This document shows positions 59,535 through 64,000 of a stretch of 64,000 nt of DNA, in pieces. Below the pieces are notes generated by a model. The model was given only the letters and a program-made list of their open reading frames with translations. It was not told the origin of the DNA and made no database searches. The position numbers were made by a program, and so were the translations under genes. The number at the start of each line of letters is the position of its first letter. Position 1 is the first letter of the stretch. This stretch comes from Verrucomicrobiota bacterium (lineage in GTDB: Bacteria; Verrucomicrobiota; Verrucomicrobiia; Opitutales; Cerasicoccaceae), in the NCBI GenBank assembly GCA_039818205.1, contig JBCBUK010000014.1:32001-96000 (forward strand). Reading direction: 5' to 3'.

Positions 59535-61696
59535 TGCGAGGAAGAGAACTTCTTGATGCGGCTGTGTAAGACCGACTCTGGAAACTCACCAGGTTTAGCA
59601 CTACGAGACATCTCGATATCAGCTTCGGCATAGTCAGTTAGCGCCCCATCCCAATCAGTCCAACTCGTGCGAGCCAGCAATTGTTCTTCGTAGAGGCTGG
59701 AGACAAGCGACGCATACGCCTTCCAATGATCCAAGGCATCTTCAAGGTGTGCAATCGCTGCCTGCTGGTCTTTCTCTTCGCCGTTAACCCGATAGCGATG
59801 CACCTTCGTGCTTCCGCGAAATTTGTCCGCATAGTATTGTGCCAAGTAGGCCATTGATTCGAAGTCCTTCAAGGTCTTTTGAAACTCCTTGGCCGACGAT
59901 TCTTCTTGGAGCTTGGCTACGTTCGACAGCGTGCGTTCGGCAAGGTAATCGAGCTCCGCTGCCACCGTCATTGGATTACGGGAGTCGCCACTGGGATTCC
60001 GGACAAACTCTTTGATCGACTGAATGCCCTGCCCTTTCAATGGCCCGAACTCGATGAAGTGATCAACACTGTGGTAGCCTTCTTTCTTCGACGTACAGGC
60101 TTCCACCGACCACATGTGGTCCCAATCTCGCCAATGGGCAACGTTAACCAAGGGGATGATCTTTGAAGCCGTCTGCCAAGTACTATAGAGCAAACTCGAA
60201 TCAACACCGGGGAAACGATCCTGCAATTCAGCCTCAAAGAACGCGCGACCCAAGCTCGGATCATATCCCAGCCGTCCCCACAACATGAAGCGATACCAGT
60301 GCTTATCGATCTCGAGCTGACGAGGCGATTGTGGGTCTTTATCGATGAACTCACGCCCCCAAACATAGCCATCCGACCCCATATGATAGCCTGCCATCAG
60401 TGGCTCCGGTGGCATATTCTTCATATACTCCCGAACGTAATCAGGGTCTCCCCACCGGAAGTGAAAGATGTCGTCGTTGCGTAAATTCATCCACGTCGCG
60501 AGATCGTATTCCTCGGCGTCAGATTGCAGCTGCTCTTTATAAAAAGGCGGGTTAGGAATCGAATACAAACGGGCGCGCGCATACTTAAAACCGAGATCAA
60601 TCGGGTCCGGATACTTGGAGATAAAGTCGTCCACCATTACGTCCATTCCGCTATACCAGACGCGGTGAATAAAATGCACTTCGCGATCCGGGTCTTCCTG
60701 CTTCGCGTCCATGATCCCTTTGCCATAGGTATTCCACATCCAATTCTCGACGGAATTCTCGCCCTCAAGTTTGTTCTGCATGTGTTCGCCGCAGGTGATG
60801 CCGATCCCTTTGAGGTCCGGATAAGTCAGCACGAATTCCTTCACGCTCTCACGCATGTAGTCGCGCGTCTTGGGATTGGTTTGCGATGTATCGATTCCGT
60901 ATTTTCCTTCCGCACCATGAACCCAAATGTTCCAAGTGATGAAATAGATATCGATGCCACGATCTTTGGCGTAGCTCATCACCTCTCGCCAAAACTCGAT
61001 CTTCTCTTCGATGGGCATCTCCTTGACGATCTTGTAGTTTTTGGGATTTTGCAGCTGCCCCTGCATGTATTGCGGCAAGATGTGGTCGTCTAACTCGTAG
61101 GTGGGCACCGCTACATCATCCAAGGCTACATCCGGATACTTATCCAACTTCACCATCGCGCTGAACGGATGATTGGACCACAAGGTCAATGTATTATAGC
61201 GATGCTCGGCCATGCGGTCGAGGAAGCCACGCCAGAAGTCCATGGACCATACCTGCTCGACGTTCATCCGCGCTGACGTGCCTGAGTCATCATAGCTCGG
61301 GCAACGCGCATCAAGCGGAATGTTCATTTTCAGGCCTCGCCGCTTGATGAATGGACTCTTCTCGATAGCCAGATTGGTGATGTCGTGGCCATGGCGAATC
61401 TGTTCTGCCAAGGCTAAACCGCCATACATCAATCCGATCGGATCGCTGCCGAAAACCTCGATCACATCCGGGCTTCCGTTGATCACAAACGATTGCTCAC
61501 CCAGCGACTCATCGATGGCCAGGTTAACCGTTTGCGACAAACCAGCATCCGCAATTGCGGGTTCCAACTGGCTCAACGCAAATTGAACCGACGGTGAATC
61601 GTCAACGACGTTCAGCTTCGCGAAAAGAGTTGGAGCAATAAGGGCACAACCAAGGAGCACCTTGGCAGCCAGAGAGGCAAGCGAGACGTTGGGCAT
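59531..61696 (-). CDS. Secreted uncharacterised glycoside hydrolase-like protein (GH20/GH67/GH115-type N-domain + TIM barrel)
   Basis: Signal peptide; GSDPIGLMYG...P.IKRRG N-domain pattern; LDRMAEHRYNTLTLW; PDLKGIGITCGE. Confidence 0.7.
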   Translation of the reverse strand: MPNVSLASLAAKVLLGCALIAPTLFAKLNVVDDSPSVQFALSQLEPAIADAGLSQTVNLAIDESLGEQSFVINGSPDVIEVFGSDPIGLMYGGLALAEQIRHGHDITNLAIEKSPFIKRRGLKMNIPLDARCPSYDDSGTSARMNVEQVWSMDFWRGFLDRMAEHRYNTLTLWSNHPFSAMVKLDKYPDVALDDVAVPTYELDDHILPQYMQGQLQNPKNYKIVKEMPIEEKIEFWREVMSYAKDRGIDIYFITWNIWVHGAEGKYGIDTSQTNPKTRDYMRESVKEFVLTYPDLKGIGITCGEHMQNKLEGENSVENWMWNTYGKGIMDAKQEDPDREVHFIHRVWYSGMDVMVDDFISKYPDPIDLGFKYARARLYSIPNPPFYKEQLQSDAEEYDLATWMNLRNDDIFHFRWGDPDYVREYMKNMPPEPLMAGYHMGSDGYVWGREFIDKDPQSPRQLEIDKHWYRFMLWGRLGYDPSLGRAFFEAELQDRFPGVDSSLLYSTWQTASKIIPLVNVAHWRDWDHMWSVEACTSKKEGYHSVDHFIEFGPLKGQGIQSIKEFVRNPSGDSRNPMTVAAELDYLAERTLSNVAKLQEESSAKEFQKTLKDFESMAYLAQYYADKFRGSTKVHRYRVNGEEKDQQAAIAHLEDALDHWKAYASLVSSLYEEQLLARTSWTDWDGALTDYAEADIEMSRSAKPGEFPESVLHSRIKKFSSSH

Positions 61697-61726
61697 GGGA
61701 TGAATAGATTTACTTGGGAGGTATTT

Positions 61727-61758
61727 AAAAGCCGGTTAGCATTAACAGGCTAACCGGC
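61727..61758 (-). terminator. Hairpin/terminator between the GH2 gene and the downstream GH-like gene
   Basis: GCCGGTTAGC-N8-GCTAACCGGC with a short T tract on the minus strand. Confidence 0.55.
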
Positions 61759-61775
61759 GAAAATCAACGAAAACA

Positions 61776-64000
61776 CTAAAGCGCACCGTCAATGGCACTG
61801 ACGTGCTTGCTGTCGGACTCTTCAGCGATCGTGGCGCGGAATATCTCGCGGAGCGGAGCTGGACTAGACTCGAGAGTGAGTTCCAAAGCCGTCGGCGCGA
61901 GACCACTTGATGTTGCCGTAACCGTAACGGTGCCGGCCTCACGGCCTGCTAACAATAGTAGCTGAGCCAAACCATGATAGGCTTTGCGCTTTGGTTCTTT
62001 ATCGGACTCATGGCTGATTGGGTCACCGTTGCCGACACCGAGCAAGCTCATCTCACCTGAAATCTCGAAATCGATTTCATTGTTTGCCGTTGGCACTACA
62101 CGGCCAGCATCATCAATGACTTCAACTTGAACAATCGCTGTATCGCGTGCGTCGGCGACCAAGGTGTCGCGATCAGCAACCAGGCGGATACCCGCAGGCG
62201 CACCGGTTGTTTCGATCACCTTGCGCAAGATCTCTTCTCCCGCCGCATTGAAACCGATAGCTTCAAGTTTGCCGGGTTGGAATGGCACCTTCCATTCGAT
62301 CTTTCCATTGATCGGCATCGCCTCGCGGCCAAGGCTCTCACCATTGAGAAACAGTTCAACCTCGGTGCAATTACTGTAGCACCAAACATCGATGACTTTG
62401 CCTTCCTCACCTTCCCAATTCCAATGCGGAAAGATATGCAACATCGGCGTATCCGACCACCAAGCTTGATGGTAATAGAACGCGTCCTTCGGGAAGCCAC
62501 ACAAGTCCATGATGCCATAGCGAGTTACCACCGCAGGCCAGCTAAACGGATAAGTTTCTCCCCGGTAGTCAAAACCCGTCCAGAGGAATGTCCCTCCAAG
62601 GAAGTCCCGATTGGCACAATCTTGCCAGGTATCCTCGATCGAACGCCCCCACGGCGTCATCGTTTCATTGTAAGCTGTCGAATCGCCTTCACGCTCTGGA
62701 TTCAAGTCCACGTAATCGTCGATACCCAAGTCATCGGAATCCGGCAGGTGTGGTTTGCCGTTGTAGAACTCGCGGCCATAGAGTCCACGGGTTGCTCCAG
62801 AGCCACCAGTCTCGCCACCCAAGAGCGGCCAGTCCGGGAAGCGGGCATGGAATTCATCGTAACGCTCGCCTTCGCAATAGAGCTTACCGTCCTCGCCGCG
62901 GCGGGCGGTGTAGTTTGCCCCGAACACATCGACACGGAAACCATGACGATCGAAGTTTGCCGCAACTTCGTTGAAGTCGCAGTTCGCCGAGTAGGTGCAA
63001 AGACGGGTCGGATCCATCTGGTGGATGCGGTCCTGCATGCGTTGCAAGATACGCGCTCCAATCGATGTTTCTTGGATCATCATCTCCTCATTGCCCAACG
63101 ACCACAGAATTACACTCGGATGGTTCCGGTCGCGCAATACGACAGACTCCATTTGCCCCATCAGTTCGGGAGTCGTACCCGGCATGCGGAACTCATCCAT
63201 AACGAGGATTCCCAGACGGTCACACACATCAAGCAAGGCCGGTGTTGGCGGATTGTGTGCGGTTCGCATCGCATTGCAGCCCATGAGCTTCATTTGCTCC
63301 ATGCGCCACTCTTGCAAACGATCGGTGATCGCGATGCCAACGCCCGAATGGTCCTGGTGGTTGCAAACACCCTTCAACTTAATTGCCTTACCATTCAAGG
63401 AAACGCCGGTCTTGGCATCAAAAGTAATCGAACGCACACCAAAGTTTGTGTGGATCTCATCGATCGCTACATCGCCGACTTTGATGACCGTTTTCAGCGA
63501 ATACAAATAAGGTTGCTCAGGGGACCAGAGCTGAGGGGCCTGAAGGTGGAAAATTTGATCAATCGAACCCGCCGTCATCAACTCCAACGTCACGTCACTC
63601 TCCAACTGACTGAGCTCATTGCCGTCGGCGTCGACTACCGTGTTAACGACAGTCGCGGTCGCAGCCGTGCGTCCGTCGTTCTTAACCTGCACCGAGACCC
63701 CAACTTTAGCGGACTCCGGTGCCTCGCAGTGCTCCACCTCAGGCCGGATGCAAATACCCCAGTTATCGACGTGCACATCGTGAGTCTTGACCAGACGGAC
63801 ATCTCGGTAGATTCCGCCACCTTCGTAAGACCAAAGTTCAAAGCCGCGAGCATCGACCCGAATCGCCAAAGCATTGAGCCCGCCGAATTCGCACAGCTCC
63901 GTGACATCGAAGCTGAAGCTCGTGTAACCAGAGATGTGCCGGCCAACGAAATGTCCGTTGAGCCAGATTTCGCAATCACGGTAGATTCCATCGAACTCCA
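61776..64000 (-). CDS. GH2 beta-galactosidase (5' end beyond the window)
   Basis: Frame stays open to the window edge ([15 protein letters not shown]...SGYTSF); [48 protein letters not shown]. Confidence 0.93.
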   Translation of the reverse strand, partial: EFDGIYRDCEIWLNGHFVGRHISGYTSFSFDVTELCEFGGLNALAIRVDARGFELWSYEGGGIYRDVRLVKTHDVHVDNWGICIRPEVEHCEAPESAKVGVSVQVKNDGRTAATATVVNTVVDADGNELSQLESDVTLELMTAGSIDQIFHLQAPQLWSPEQPYLYSLKTVIKVGDVAIDEIHTNFGVRSITFDAKTGVSLNGKAIKLKGVCNHQDHSGVGIAITDRLQEWRMEQMKLMGCNAMRTAHNPPTPALLDVCDRLGILVMDEFRMPGTTPELMGQMESVVLRDRNHPSVILWSLGNEEMMIQETSIGARILQRMQDRIHQMDPTRLCTYSANCDFNEVAANFDRHGFRVDVFGANYTARRGEDGKLYCEGERYDEFHARFPDWPLLGGETGGSGATRGLYGREFYNGKPHLPDSDDLGIDDYVDLNPEREGDSTAYNETMTPWGRSIEDTWQDCANRDFLGGTFLWTGFDYRGETYPFSWPAVVTRYGIMDLCGFPKDAFYYHQAWWSDTPMLHIFPHWNWEGEEGKVIDVWCYSNCTEVELFLNGESLGREAMPINGKIEWKVPFQPGKLEAIGFNAAGEEILRKVIETTGAPAGIRLVADRDTLVADARDTAIVQVEVIDDAGRVVPTANNEIDFEISGEMSLLGVGNGDPISHESDKEPKRKAYHGLAQLLLLAGREAGTVTVTATSSGLAPTALELTLESSPAPLREIFRATIAEESDSKHVSAIDGAL

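Overview
Bacterial chromosomal window. The gene repertoire (LpxC-FabZ fusion, PEP-CTERM-like proteins, ECF/FecR pair, PAS-AraC regulators, SHD1-like and DUF1080 proteins) suggests a marine Verrucomicrobiota/Opitutales-like genome; this is an inference. 1-15.4 kb is mostly housekeeping: yidC (partial), a Zn/Mn ABC transporter, lpxC-fabZ, lpxA, ribD, rdgB, two tandem VPET-type PEP-CTERM-like genes, HPr, a response regulator, pilC and tRNA-Gly(TCC). From ~17 kb to the end lies a large carbohydrate-utilisation region with no SusC/D. It has three parts. (i) Red-algal galactan (porphyran/agar)-type enzymes: two GH86-like, GH29, GH2, a 1566-aa DUF5060 multimodular protein and an unclassified GH-like protein, plus an ECF sigma/FecR pair. 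(ii) An expanded redox-dependent 3-keto-glycoside cleavage module: four Gfo/Idh/MocA oxidoreductases (three Tat-exported), three DUF1080 domains, two ThuA domains and a TIM-barrel isomerase-family enzyme, interleaved with DoxX, a discoidin lipoprotein, a GT-C/TIGR03663-like membrane protein and a signal-less ApbE. This is the best candidate for an undescribed system. (iii) A probable L-galactose -> L-galactonate -> D-tagaturonate -> D-fructuronate operon ending in uxaE. A tandem DUF1080 gene is split by a single in-frame TGA at a Trp-like position. All family calls come from motif recognition, without database searches.
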